64,000 bases of DNA. Origin: Octopus bimaculoides. Its lineage: Eukaryota. The notes under the pieces are model-generated. The model did no database searches, had not been told where the DNA came from, and saw only the letters and a program-made list of their open reading frames with translations. The translations under genes and the position numbers were made by a program. Location of the stretch: assembly GCF_001194135.2 (NCBI RefSeq), contig NC_068985.1, positions 20,547,537-20,611,536 of the forward strand, in the 5' to 3' direction. Position 1 is the first letter of the stretch; each line of letters starts with the position of its first letter. This document shows positions 12,726 to 26,738 of the stretch, one piece after another.

Positions 12726-14462
12726 TAAACAGTTATGAATTTTATGCTGCAAGGAAGAAATACAGGGAAGTTCAACATTTCAAACTGTGGGCCTTTGTCA
12801 AAAGACTGCGGTAAAAGTAAAAAAGAAAATTACTTAAAATGTTTGGTATAGATTAATCTTTAGGATTTTTTAGGTTCTACAGTAGTCAAATCATTGACCT
12901 ATAATTTTTAATATTTGATATTGACATGAAAAAATTTATTGTTGTTACTGCTTGCCCCAATTCAGCTCTGATCACAGGTGTTCCAACCATGATCATCTAA
13001 CCTTAAATTATCCAATACATCTTTTACTTTTTTCTTAGACAGTGAAATGTAATTTAAGATGAGCTTCGTAGAGGTTTTCATAGTTGGAGCAATCAAAGCT
13101 GAAAGTATTAATTTTTAATAGTTTACAAGGTTGCCATCAAATCATCTGTTAAATATTTTAACATTTTATGTATGCCACATCTATTGGGATATTTCGTTAA
13201 AATCTCATTAAAGATATGTTTCTATCTTCATTTTATTAGCCACTGATGGTTTTAACCATAAAAAAATGATGTATCTTATTAGGTGAGAGATTAAAAAAAT
13301 TATTTTTATTAAATATAGTCATGTTATTAAATATAAACTTTCTGTTAATTTTTCCTGCAGCACTAGTATATTTATTTTGAAAGCATAACAGTTAAATTTA
13401 TAAATAATTTCATAACATAAATACTATTTTTAGTTCACTAACACTTTACATCACAATCTTCTAAATATAATGTTCAAACTCATTTTGCAAATAGAGAAAG
13501 TGCTTATATTGATTAAATGTCTAAATGCCCGAGATAATAAAATTATTACAGTTTATCAGACAATTAACCTCATCTGTGGAGGTATAATATTTCAAAATAT
13601 TTACATCTTCACTGTTTCAATTGGTTTAAGCTCCAGCCATCAACAAGTGTCTTATTTCTAACAGCATTCATAACATCAAACTGAATTAAAAGTTGTAGAC
13701 TATTTCTCGACTAAGGCTGGTATTTCATAAACCCAGTCTGATACTAGATACACCTTCTTATCATGACAAGAACTGTATAATGGAAGTGTAACAGCTTATC
13801 AAATCATAGAGATGTAGTCTTTGTAATATCCAGAATTATAATAGTACTGCTGTATACTAATTGCTATTATTCATAGTTATATTTTTTAACAACAGAAAAA
13901 TGAAGAAAAAAGAATCAAATTTCTCCTTTAAAAAAAACGCATCAGAATAAATACACAATTCTAGCTCAAAATATAAGGAATAATGCAATTGATGCGTTTG
14001 CAGGCTGCTTACTGATTTATTGTGCAACAAGTTTTACTGTGAAATACATTATGAAAATATTGTCAAGATGAAGTAAAGTTAAATATACTCTGCTTGTATA
14101 TTCATATATTTATATATATAATTGATTGACAGAATTAAAGCATCAAACGAAATGTCATGTAGCTCTTTACATTCTTAATTCAGATCTTAGAGAGGGCCAT
14201 TCTGCTGTCCATTCTTAGGTCACAAACAAATACTAGGTCTTATTTTAATCAACTGTAACCTTCCCAGAAATGTGTGGCCCTTATGCTCATATTACAAATC
14301 AATCTATTGAAAATGTTGGAAGAATGCTAATTCATTTCCTGTTGGTTTATTGTTTCTTTGTCTAAAAACTGTTGTCAGGGGTCTCTATATGCTTTCAAGT
14401 CATTTGATAAAGAAAGATTGTAAGTGACTATCTATGAATAGTTTGTGATCTCATAACTTTTA

Positions 14463-14761
14463 CAGTGGAACCTGGGCTCTCATCACAAACAAATCAGTTT
14501 ATGAACAATTTTTCAAACATAAAACATCTTGAGTGATGTATGGTGTCTTGAGTAAGGAACATAAAAGCCAGCAACAACAGCTGGTAATATCAGTGGGAAA
14601 GTGTCTGTTACTGTCTAGCTTTCATTCAGTGCATGGCTTTGCTCAAATTCACTTTGCCTTCTTTTGAATTTCCTATGAGGAAAATAGTTTTGATTTACAG
14701 ACATTTTAGGTGATGAATGGCCTTCAGGAACAAATTAAATTCATAATCTAAGGTTCCACTG
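14463..14761. mobile_element. Tc1/mariner (Tigger-like) MITE family M2
   Basis: TIR CAGTGGAACCT / AGGTTCCACTG. TA on the left, CA (mutated TA) on the right. Confidence 0.7.
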
Positions 14762-16411
14762 CATCTGTGTGTTTCAAATCCCCTCTCATAGGATTTTCAT
14801 TATTCATTTATTTAAAATTACAATTGGTGAACAATAGTGTCATTGGTTACAGGTCCCTAGCACATCAACCACCACTGGTTCTCTGTTATTTCTGAAGGTT
14901 AGAGTGCCAAGGGTGTCTCTGTAATTTTGTGTACACCAAATATTCCAAAGGGTTTCATTTAAAGAACACACCAGTTTTTCAGTTTTCTCTACATCTTTAT
15001 ACACACATATGCACACAGTCGTACATACACACAAACACACACACACACATGGGTTTCTGCACAATTTCCATCAACCTCATTCACTCACAGGATATTGGCC
15101 GTCCATTGATATTCAAATCTTTGTTCAAATGGTTATAATTTAACTGATGTGACTGCATAACAAAATATATCAATGCTGTTTGATGGATTTATTGTTTCAT
15201 AGGACATTACATATTCATTATAATCAGTTTGTATTTCAAACAGGAAAGAGCAATAATAAGTTGTAGTATATTTTCCATTAATTATGCATAGATAATTGCA
15301 ATTGAAATTTCTGAATTTCTGAATGTATATGAAAGTGTGTAGTTTTCAACAACTCAAGATCAATATTATCTGGTAAACTCAACGTAAATGATTTAGATTT
15401 TACTATGTATATTCTTTATCAACCAAAGAAATGTGTGTGTGTGATGAAATTCTTGGTTTTTGTTATATCACAAAGCCACCTAAAGTTACAAATCCAACAC
15501 CTGGCTTCTCTGAAAAGTTTCCTTTTTCCATAAGATTATTGATTTTATATTAAAACCCCCACGTCATCATTTCTAGTTTATCCATGTAAAGAGTATTTTC
15601 TTCCCATTTTTGGATTTTATACAAAGCTGAAGAAAACTATCAGCCTATCTCTGTCATAGTATTTTTGTGTTTCGTGCATATAGCTGGACTGCTTTAAATG
15701 GTGTTGACATTATGACTACCAATCTTTCCAATATTACTATTTCTGACAACCATGTCATGAAAGTGGATATGATTGTTTACTTAAAAAAAACTCCTTTTAA
15801 TAATGTCATATACATGCATCTTCTCTTTCAGTTTTAACGTTTGTATATATTGCATACTTCATCTTGTGGCAAAAGCTGAAGATATTGGTAATTTCCTAGT
15901 ATGAAGAAGAGAAATCGTTTTCACTGAACCAGCTTTTATTTGTGGCTCTATTCGTCAGATCTGAAAACTAAAAAATGTACCACCTCACCTCGCCAAAATT
16001 GTATTGTGAGGTGTTGTCATCAGTGGTGGGAACATTGTTGTTGCTTCACTTTAAATTGACATTGACCAATCAGAGCCATGATCAGAAGAACTCTAGCCAT
16101 GACTATTCCATCTTTTTTGTAAAAACACAGCAAAAACTTTATAAAATAAAGTCACACTCAATGCAGGAATACCCTGCATTCAATATGACATTATTGCATG
16201 AAGCATTGAACTTTAATTCAAAGTTTGAAGTTGAGCTTTAATTCAAGTCAATGATGGCTTTAAGGATATCCAACCATAGAATCCATGCCAAAGCTGACAC
16301 TGGAGCTCAACATGACCCTGAGGCTTGCCATATCCTCCAAACCATCCAACCTACATTGGCTTGGAAAATGGACATTTAATGATGATAATGAAGTAATGTT
16401 TACATATTGAA

Positions 16412-16608
16412 AGGCAGTGAGCTAGCAGAATCATTGGCATGCTGGACAAAATGCTTAGTGACTTTTTGTCCATCTTTACGTTCTGAGGTCAAATTTTGCT
16501 AAGGTTGACTTTACCTTTCACCCTTTCAGGGTCAATAAAATATGTACTAGTTGAGCACTGAGGTCGAAATTGCTGGTCTTGTGCCAAAATTTGAAATCAG
16601 TTTTTGCT
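16412..16608 (+). mobile_element. tRNA-derived SINE, family B
   Basis: aaggcagtgagctagcagaatc head, gaggtcaaattt B-box variant, cttgtgccaaaatttgaaa tail. Confidence 0.8.
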
Positions 16609-18616
16609 TATTGTTTGGAGCAAGTGTTTTTAGACCTGAAATCTGTTTACTGTAAAACAAACATGGAGTAGTGTGACATACTTTCCGAAATTATTGTAAA
16701 CTGAACCAAGAAGAGTAATTCAGCATGGGCTCACAGAGCAGCTACCAAGGAGTCACATAGACCTAGGGGCCCAATGCTAATTTAAGTATGTTGTGGCTCA
16801 CTATCAATAAATAATATTATAGACTCCAGTGCACTGTTTGGCCCAGGGGTGGAGGATTACCTTGCCGTTAAAATGGCCGTGAGAGTAATATCCCTTAAAG
16901 ATATAACCCCCAAAACAATAATAGGTTTGAACTAATGACTATGTGAATCTAATAGTCATCATGTCTTGGTTGGATAGTTACAGTAACTATGCAGACAATT
17001 TGATTAATGCAAGAATTCCTACTGAGAACAGATACAAACATAGTTAGCCATACACAACTGCACAGTTTATGAAGAGGTTGGTGTAAAATGGAAGAAGTAA
17101 ACAATTAGTTTACTTTTTTATGAGAATATTTTTTTATGAGAATATTTACTTTTTTATGAGAATATTTACTGATCAGAATATATTTCATAAATGAACTAAA
17201 AAGATTGTAAAATTTTATATTTTTGATACACCTGTAGTGACTCATGTAAAGTTTTAGTTGTTCATCAATTTAATGTTTATTTGGTCAAGCAGGAATGAGT
17301 CATCAAGGTCCACATCATTTTGCATACACAGCAATAGAGAAAATTGGTCAACAATGTGCACTGCATGCATTTTATCACACCACTAGAACTAGAGTGGTCA
17401 TCATATCTACAACGACTAAAGAGTGCCTTCTATTCTGTATCACTTCTTATTTAGAGTATAGGTGGATAGCTTGCAATGCAGCCTGCAAAGTCATATTTCA
17501 CTTATACATACCATTTTGGTGCATGTTTTGTACAAATGGATGTGTATTTTAGAGCGTATATGAAATACATTTTGCTATGGCACTGGCACTAGAGAGATTG
17601 TCCTATATAAGGATATCTAAAGGTTGTCACTCTTCCCTGTACCAGTTCTTATTCAGAGTTATTCTTCGGTAATACCAAGCACTTTTGTTGTCACCAGGCT
17701 GAGAGCTTTTATCAGCTATTTCTTGTGGGGAAAAATGGGGGTCGAATTAGTGGGGCTAGACAGAGGAGACAGTAAAAGGCTTGATTGTATGACAATTTTC
17801 TTATTCCATGCTGGTAGGCCCCCTCATCTGGGATACCATATGTTGTGACACCTTCTCCAGTGGAAACTTGGTGTGTTCAGCTTCCAGCCCAGGATCTGAT
17901 GCTCGTCAGGGTGAGAAAAGCAAACTGTCAAAGTATTGGTCAAGTCTGTGGCAATGAAGACCTCTAGTATTCTCAGCCCTCAGACCATATCCCTGTCCAC
18001 TGCTATCATGGCAGAGATGGCTGTCTGCAAGTGTGAGCCCCTTGAATCAGAATGGCTCCTCCAGTGCATTTCAGTTGCCATCCTCCAACTCAATGCCTTT
18101 TCTATTTCGGTTCTCTGTGTTATGGTAAGACAGAGACCCTACAGTGGTGGTCTCACATTGTCACCATGGTACCAAGTGTAGGTGTGTTTAGTTTGCAGGA
18201 AACTCAGGCTGTTACCATGGTGTAAGGTAGTGGGGTGTATTTAATTAACAAGGGGATAATTATCATATTGACTGCTTAACCCAAATGTGGCTTATAGACT
18301 AATAGAACCTTCACCTGTGCTGTTAAGTGAGAAACTGGGATGAGAGGGGAGGGCTGGTTCAGGAAGCAAGAAAGAAAGAGACAGAATTTTATAATATTGA
18401 TAGAGATTTCAAATCAGAAATATTAGATTAAACTGAAGTTTTAAAAATTGCTCTGACATTTTGTTGAATGGTTCATTGGAAAGATGTATGGGTGAACTCA
18501 GAGCTGTTTGCCATCCATTTGAATTCATATGGTGACTGTGAAGACACACCTCTCTCAGATTTAATTCAAAGACATAACTTTATATGATATTGTGAGCATG
18601 TGCATATCACCATGAA

Positions 18617-18619
<3 letters not shown>

Positions 18620-18696
<77 letters not shown>
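18620..18696. repeat. (GA)n microsatellite
   Basis: Directly visible. Confidence 0.95.
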
Positions 18697-18699
<3 letters not shown>

Positions 18700-18859
18700 T
18701 TACAGCATTCAGAAGCTCGTGTGTCTTAGGAGTCAAAATATCCAATCAATCAGAAGAGATTGATAATTAAGCTATCATCATTGTTAGAATCAGCACACTG
18801 TAATCATCGTAATTATTGCCTCCACCACGATTATTAACATCACCACCGCTGCAGCTAGT

Positions 18860-18935
18860 GCCACCACCACCACCACCACCACCATCACCATCACCACCAC
18901 CACCATCACCATCACCACCATCATCATCATCATCA
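18860..18935. repeat. (CAC)n/(CAT)n microsatellite
   Basis: Directly visible; source of the spurious poly-Pro/poly-Gly ORFs. Confidence 0.95.
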
Positions 18936-19467
18936 TTTTTCATCCTCGTTTTCACTGTAATCGTATCTGATTTTTCTGTGCTGGCACAAGTAGAACAGCT
19001 TTACACAATTATATATTTCCATATATTTCAAACTGCTAAGTGCTAGTAAAATACAGAAGCCAATATCTCTCATGTACATTTAGTTTGTTTTTTTTTGTTT
19101 TGTTTTTCTTTTCCACTCAAGTTGTTTTACAAGTCCCAAAATCATTCATCATCATCCTGCTTTTTGTCTGTTCACAACAGCCCTTTGCTTTCATCATGCA
19201 TCTTCAAGTAGAGTGTTATAAAAACCACTCAGAACTCTTACATATTTAGTGATGTATTGAGTAATAGTTAAACCACACTTGTTAAATCCAATATTGTGCA
19301 ATTTATTTTACTACTTCAGCACTCTAAGATGTCCTTTACAAGCTATTATGGTTAATACTTTAAAAATAAGTCCTGGTGTCAATTTATTCAGCTAAAACCC
19401 TTCAAGGTGATACTGCAGCATGGCTGAAACAAGTAAAAGGATAAAAGAATAAATGATAATAATAATA

Positions 19468-20189
19468 CTGAAAACAGAGACAGAAGCACTCATGTGCAGC
19501 TCAGGAACAAGCATTAAGGACCAATTATATGAAGTGCAGAATAGTCAACACTACCAATAGTGAATAATGCAGTGAGGGATGAAATGGTATGGCACATCAT
19601 TAGTGAATGCCTGAAATTGGTACGCTAATGCAAAAGATGCCATGACAATGTGGTGAGAATGATCCATTGGGAGCTCTGTGGAAATCACAGCCTACAAAGA
19701 GCAAAGACGTGGTATGAGAAAACTACAGAAGGAGTCACCGAAATTGAGAATTGCAAAATCCTGTGGGATGCAATGATCCAGTGCAATCACCCAACCAAAC
19801 ATCTGAAACCAGACATTGTTGTGGTGAATAAAAAAGAAAGAACATGTATGTTAATCAATGCCCGGGTGACAACAGGATCAATGTGAAAGAAGAAAAAATA
19901 AAACAATTATGACGATTTGAAGTGGGAAATATAAAGGTTGTGGTCAATGAAAAGAGTAGACGTGATACCAACAGTAAATGGTATCAGCACCCAACTACCA
20001 ACATGGCTGAAAAAGACCGGTGCAAGTGTGAAGGTAGAACACCTACAAAAATCAGCATTGCTTGAAACTGCAAGAATTCTTCACATGGTTCTTGAAGCAT
20101 GACCAGTAAACAAGTGTCACCTTAGTCTGCTGGCTGTGGACAGCTGATACGTTCCATCATACCCAGCAAAATAAGCTGTGAGTTTTCAC

Positions 20190-20233
<44 letters not shown>
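19468..20233 (+). mobile_element. 5'-truncated R4/Dong-clade non-LTR retrotransposon (CCHC knuckle remnant plus restriction-like endonuclease domain, 3' UTR, (TAA)n tail)
   Basis: Translates as ETEAL.CAAQEQALRTNY..., HIISEC, HDNV.RMIHWELC, ILWD, KPDIVVVNKKERTC, LKWEI.RLW, TARIL..VLEA* (stop 20100-20102), with frameshifts and stops. Confidence 0.85.
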
Positions 20234-20318
20234 TCTTCTTCTTCTTCTTCTTCTTCTTCTTCTTCTTCTTCTTCTTCTTCTTCTTCTTCTTCTTCTTCTT
20301 CTTCTTCTTCTTCTTCTT

Positions 20319-20401
<83 letters not shown>
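20190..20401. repeat. Compound microsatellite (TAA)~14-(TTC)~38-(TTA)~18
   Basis: Directly visible. Confidence 0.95.
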
Positions 20402-20402
<1 letters not shown>

Positions 20403-20765
20403 AGCTGAAGGAGTGGATAGAAAAGTTTGGCTTGCAAAGGCACGCAGAATACATACAACTAGCCTGCTTATGAGGAATGACAAAGACCTTTCATAAGTTC
20501 TTGGATGGTTGAGGTCACAGGTGACGTCTCACAAGATTCGTGGCAACTTCAGTAGTGTTGGTGACCACAAATGAAAGCTCCCAGTACTCTCTGTAAAGGG
20601 GTTGTCATTTGGGAGGGAATCAACCCATAGAGACATGCCAAAGCAAACAGGACAGCACAATGATGATGTAGTCCTTAAGCTCATCAGATCCTGTCAGACC
20701 ATCAAACTTATGCCAGAATTGAAGATAGGCATTAAGAGATATTGTTGTTGATGATGACGATGACA

Positions 20766-20843
<78 letters not shown>

Positions 20844-20860
20844 GCGACGATGGTGATGAC
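20402..20860 (+). mobile_element. RLE-type ORF terminus followed by an RTE-type 3' tail ending in a long (GAT)n
   Basis: KLKEWIEKFGLQRHAEYIQLACL..T.KTFHKFLDG* resembles R4-clade C-termini. 20570-20750 is homologous to the RTE tail (cccagtactctctgtaaag..., cctgtcagaccatcaaacttatgcc). Confidence 0.5.
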
Positions 20861-23800
20861 ATATTTGAGACAAATAATATTAACGTGTTCAAACGTTCTA
20901 AGCTACGTTAGCATATGTTGAATAGTTTCTCACCTGTATGTACTGAATGATTTAGAAGTCAATGTTTTACTGTTGGATGCATTTTTGTAATATGAATCAA
21001 TCAACTGTGAAATGGAATTGATACCAAACCTACACACTATGTTTCAGTTAGTAGTCAAGCTATCTCACAGCATGAAGACTTATTCATGAGAAACAAAATA
21101 TTCAGTCAGTCAAGGAACTGAAATTTGATGGTTACATATCTAGCTGGTTAGCACATGCCTGAGAGGAAGCATTCAGTGGAATCCTGCTAGGTGAAAGCAT
21201 TAATGAATTAAACTAATTCAGAAAATATCATGTATTTTGCATTTAAACAGAAAATATAATCTACTTGCCTCAATCAATCAATGCTCAGAAATAGAAACAA
21301 GTTTCACTGAATCATTTAAGAGAACAGAATTGTATGCCTGGATCTGCAGCCTTACTGGTTGTGTACAAAAATGATACCAAATGATGCAGTTGATGTCCTA
21401 TCAGTATTCACTTAGATATTTTGTTATCCAATTGATCTTACTGTGAAGAAAAATGATTTAATTTTGTTTTTTTTAAATAACATTGATATTTTGGTGTAGT
21501 TTGTGGTCTATCATGTGTTTTTTTTTTAGCTCTTCTCAGTGTCAAGTAGGTTGTGTGTTTTGAAAATAACCACACTAAGATTTGTCTGAGTTTTCAAATG
21601 TTTTATCTTTGTCTTGCTAAGTTTATAGAGGTACCTTCAATAAATTAATATTGTGAAAGTGGTACAGAGCATATAAATAACTGCGTAAATAGTCATTGGT
21701 TGACACAACCAGTTAAGTTCTGTGAATAGGCAAGAAAGATGAGAGATTACCACAGGAAAAAAATGACCAGCCTGTACAAATCATGAAATAGCTCACTTTA
21801 ATTTGAATTAGCTTGCCATTAAATAACTGTTAGCCCAGAAGATTCTAGAGTCTATGTGGCAGGAAAACTTGCATGCTTCCTCTGAAGTTACTGCTTCAGC
21901 CATAAATAAGTCAACCAGTGTTGATTGATTCATGTAGGTGTCAATATATTTTATAGCAATTTTTTTCCTTTTATGGAAATATATTAGAACATGATTTTAG
22001 ACTGAGACAGTCTAAGAACTTATGGTTCAAATCTCAGCTGTATATTTAAAATTTCTAATTTTGAAAGAGCCTATATTAAAATATCCATCAATCATGACCT
22101 TGAAATATATCCCTGTTTTAGATGTACTCTGTCCTTGCAAGTTGTAACAGATGACTAAAGAAACTCTGTGTTAGAAAGAATGCATTGCTTCTGGAAATCT
22201 GTTAAACCTATGCTAGTAGAGTAAAGTGGATAGAAAATGATATAAAACATATTTTCTAAACAAGAATTTCTATTACAGAGAAGACACAATGTTATATTAG
22301 CAGTCAAGAAGAGATAGAGTTTCCTTTAAATCAATGTTAGATGAGATAGATTATATGGCAAAAAATTGTATAAATATTTATTCTATAATTTCATGTACAA
22401 ATATTTCTGTTTGAAAAAATAATTTTTTTGTTTGTTGAAATACAATGAATCCTGTAGGAAATAATAGAATTAATTTATCAGCTATTGATTTGAGAGTTAA
22501 GATCAATATTTGAGAATTCTTTAGAGATTTCCATTTTATTGACTTAGTCTTATGTTTTAAGGAGTTTTTAAACTATATTAATAAACACTAAACTTTAAGT
22601 TGTTATCACAGAAAGCAATCAATGTTTATCTCAGTGATTCAATCATTGAAGCTAGATGGTAATTAGTTTTGTCATCTTGTTCTTTAAAACGATATCTAGT
22701 GTTTTCTAAAATATGTAAACATTATTTTTCTTAGCAAAACTTTTGAGGTAAATTATTGTCAGAGTCAAGGTAAATGTTTTCCAAATGCTATCTTTCGTTT
22801 GTATGTGATTTAATAAAACTCAACATGTTTTGATAGTTTAATCTCTACTTGTTATCAGGTGGTGTGTTGTAACATTTATGTGCTTGAGCTGGTTCTAAAC
22901 TTATGAACAATCTTTTTTTATTTTGTCTTATGGGATTTTAATATAGAGCAATTAACCAAATTCATATATTTTATATATCTTCATAATTAGCGATTTGCTT
23001 TAATGATAACAAAATTCATTATCTGAGATCAAGGTGATAAGTAAATAAGACGTTTTGTGGGAATTTAGAGGTGACCTTGTGATTAGTTCTTTGAATTTTA
23101 ATACATTAAAATGTACCAATTGCATTGGTTTCTTACTTAAATCCAAGTCCATAAAGAACAAACAAAAGAAGAGATTATATGGCATTTATACCTTTCTCGA
23201 ATGTATTAGTAGTTTAAGTGAAGGGAAGTGGCTTCAATTGACAAAACCTAATTACATTATTTTGTTCCCTGGGAATGCACTTCCTACCTGTATTCATCAA
23301 AATACTCAATGCTATCAATAACATTTTTTTTACTGTCTTTCACACTTTAACATACATTAATATTTTTCTTTCAGATTAATCTTTCTTTATTCTCACTAAA
23401 TGTTACTTTACATTTAAATACCTTCTAGAATGTGCTATACATTTGTATAGTGCACCTTATAATTAAGTAGAAATCTATAATACATCACTTCAAGGTATCC
23501 ATGAGTAACGAAATTTCCTTTGTTATAAACAAGTGTAGTAATAGAGACTATTCATGAGAAACTTTTTATTACTCATTTTCTTAGAGCACTTTTCTTTACA
23601 TAGAATCTAATTTATAATGACTCTGTTAGCAATTTATTGATCCCAACTAGATGTATTTTAATTATCATCTCTTAATCCACTATTCAGATATCTATTATGA
23701 TTGGTAATAATTAGTGGAATCCATTTCACTAGTCTTGCTTTTAAACATTCTCAAATGTAACTAACTTATTTTATTCATTTCATTATGGTAACTGTTTTAG

Positions 23801-26471
23801 CAAAGCTAATTGCATTAATGCTGTAGTGTGAACAATAGCTGCAACATTAACTCAGTGATACAGTTTGTAATTTTAAGTTGTTACCTGTAGGCTATTCACT
23901 TCTGGGAGTAAGCAGTAACATTGCAGACTGTACATTTGATATGGAAATGAATAACCTTTTGAAGGCACAAAAAAATTCCTCATTTTGCTTAGATTGTTAT
24001 CTTTGTTTTCATTCTTAAAATAATACCAAGCACATACTGCAAAAAGTGTTACAAAAGCTGACCATATCAAGTCACTTCTTATACTATATCAGGAACTTCA
24101 TTAAACATTATTTTGTACTATTTGTAGTCATTTTAAGATCTGGCAGTCGATAATGGTTACACTATATTTTGCAGATATAATTTAATAAGACCAAAACATG
24201 TTTGGACTTGTCACTGTGTTATTCAAGATTAAACCTATTATCCACTACATTCAAACTTTAATTAATTTAAACTTTGTGGTTATCTCACCCTGCTTTTCTT
24301 GACCAGAATTAATTAATCATTAAGGTAATGATTTCACCCACTTCTTACAAAGTGCATTAATTTAATTAATTAAATTTCTTAGCTCGCTACATTAATAATA
24401 TTAGCACCAACTTATTATTAGTGTAGGAAGTAGTTTGTCAATGTGGAGAACATTGAATAGAGGTACCCAGAAAAATATCTCAGCCATTTTCGAGGTCAGT
24501 ATATCATTTTCTTTGTCTTGACATCTTGAATCCAGAAAAGTTGGGAGGAAGAACCAGTGAGGCTTGCAATAAGGCCGAAAATCCAGTTGAAAAAAGTTGT
24601 ACCTCGATGCTATTGACACAACCTAAACCCACCCAAAATCACTCACCCAAACTCGGACCAGAGAGTTTAGCAACACACCATCATAAGCACACTCAATCAA
24701 TAACTTTAGTGTGACTCCTGTATTGTTTTTCAAGGTGTTATGACTCATTTAATAATATTCCTCTTTACCACCATAACGATAATGAGTTATTATCTAACTA
24801 TCTTGTCTTACTGACCATCTTAAAGATACTTACCTTGGTATCTTAAAATACAGACAATACCTGTGGAGGGTTTCTGTATGTTTTTTCTAGGTATTATGGC
24901 TAAAATATGCAATGTGATACACCATTTCATTGTGCCAGTATATTCTACAAAATGAGAAATATGCAATCATTGTTTCATCTTTCAGATGCATACATAAATA
25001 AATAATTTTTCATAGGTGGAATGATTAGAAGAGGTCTTCACGGTCAAGTCAAGACCAAAACCAGCTTCCTAATTTTATTCCTTGCCAAGATATCGTATTC
25101 TGAAAATCAAAAAACTTTGACTGCATTTCTCTTGGTTTTTAAGTTGTGGCACTTACAACAGTCTGTTACTAAATGCCTCATTTGTAATTGTTAAAAATAT
25201 CATGTAAAAACTTTTTGAATATCTTCCAGTTGACATGTCCTTTGGAAAAATAAAACAAAAGAAAGAAAAAGCCTGATTTGAATTATGCTTCAAACAACAT
25301 CAATGAAACATTAGCAGCATTGTATAATTTATCACTGTAGGGAAAATTATACTTAAACAATATGCCAACAGTACTTGCCATGTGTGATAATGTAGCAACT
25401 TTTTTGTTGCTACTCATAAAAAAACAACTGCTTTTATTTTCAAGATAGAATCACTACATCATAAGATTGATTATATCATATTTAGCATCTTCTGCCAGCA
25501 TAAGCATCACAGATCACAGGGCTCTTTCATTTAAAGAACATTTGAAATACTAAATATTGGGAATGGATTTTTCACCAACATATGACAGCAGTGATAGTAA
25601 TCATTATAATGATTTTTTCCTTATGCTTAATAATGATGTTTCTATCGTATGTGTTAGTTCACCTTTAATTATTTGATAAATTATTTTCATATCATTTGCA
25701 TTTTTGCCTTAATTAAAGAACAAAAGTAGTCTGATTTTAAACTTACTAATGGAGTAAAATATACATCACTGAGAATATCTAATAAGAATGAAACATATCC
25801 TTTGATTCTATCAGTTGGCTTTAAGAACAAGATTCACTCCCATCAGTATCATCTTCATTTAAAGCATCTCAAGAAGTTTCTGTTTACAGGCAGTATCGGT
25901 GATCTCAGCTGAAGTTTTACAGCTCACTATAATACATGTGCAAGAGCCTTCAGTGTCTGATTTAAGCCTCAAACTCTGCATGTTCATTTGGTCAATAAGA
26001 ACAGAGAGGAAAATGACCTTTCTTGCATACAGCTTTTATTTTAATATTGAAGCAGTTTAAAGAAATGGCATTGATTTTATATAAAATTATTGCAGTAGTC
26101 ATAAAGATTTCAAAATGCTTTCTCTATCCTTTGAATTTTTACATTCCAGTAGAGAAGAGGAAAGGGAATAAATTAGAATATTGACCAACAATAGTTGTTA
26201 GTGAAGAAAATGATGTCATGAAATAATTAACAGAACAAAAAAAGACATTTATCTTAATTACCTTTTATTACAACCAATAAATAATCTTAAGTGAAACAAA
26301 TCACTTCCTACAAGAGTGACACTATCCAGCTCTCTCTAAAGAAACATTTGATAATAATGATACTAAATTATTCAGTAAAATAATTTGGGTATTTAAGCCA
26401 CAATATCGTGCTTATATGTCTGCCAGCAAATGTATTTCATGTTCAACGTTGATGGATTTCATCAGTTTCAG

Positions 26472-26695
26472 TACTCTTTTACTCTTTTACTTGTTTCAGT
26501 TATTTTGACTGTGGCCATGCTGGAGCACCGACTTTAGTCAAGCAAATCGACCCCAGGACTTATTCTTTGTAAGCCTAGTACTTATTCTATCGGTCTCTTT
26601 TGCTGAACTACTAAGTTACGGGGACGTAAACACACCAGCATCAGTTGTCAAGCGATGTTGGGACACACATACACACAAACATATACACACACATG

Positions 26696-26738
<43 letters not shown>

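Noticed and set aside
15780-16080. Minus-strand acceptor-like site at about 15961 (DLTNRATNKSWFSENDFSSSY*) and CCAAT box TGACCAATCAGAG at 16063-16075
   Set aside because: No phase-compatible partner exon; a single motif is expected by chance in 64 kb.
16720-16881. Possible hAT MITE with AGAGTAAT 8-bp direct repeats
   Set aside because: The left terminus does not match the right TIR convincingly.
17290-18260. GC-raised kilobase with TGTCAC...GTGACA ends (17625-17850), LTR- or transposase-like
   Set aside because: No TSD, PBS or recognisable protein motif; probably an old repeat I cannot classify.
21694-21920. CATTGGTTGAC / GTCAACCAGTG inverted 11-mers
   Set aside because: Short, no TSD, no second copy.
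25020-26100. Possible decayed hAT transposase or BED-finger remnant
   Set aside because: Similarity is only suggestive and requires several assumed frameshifts.
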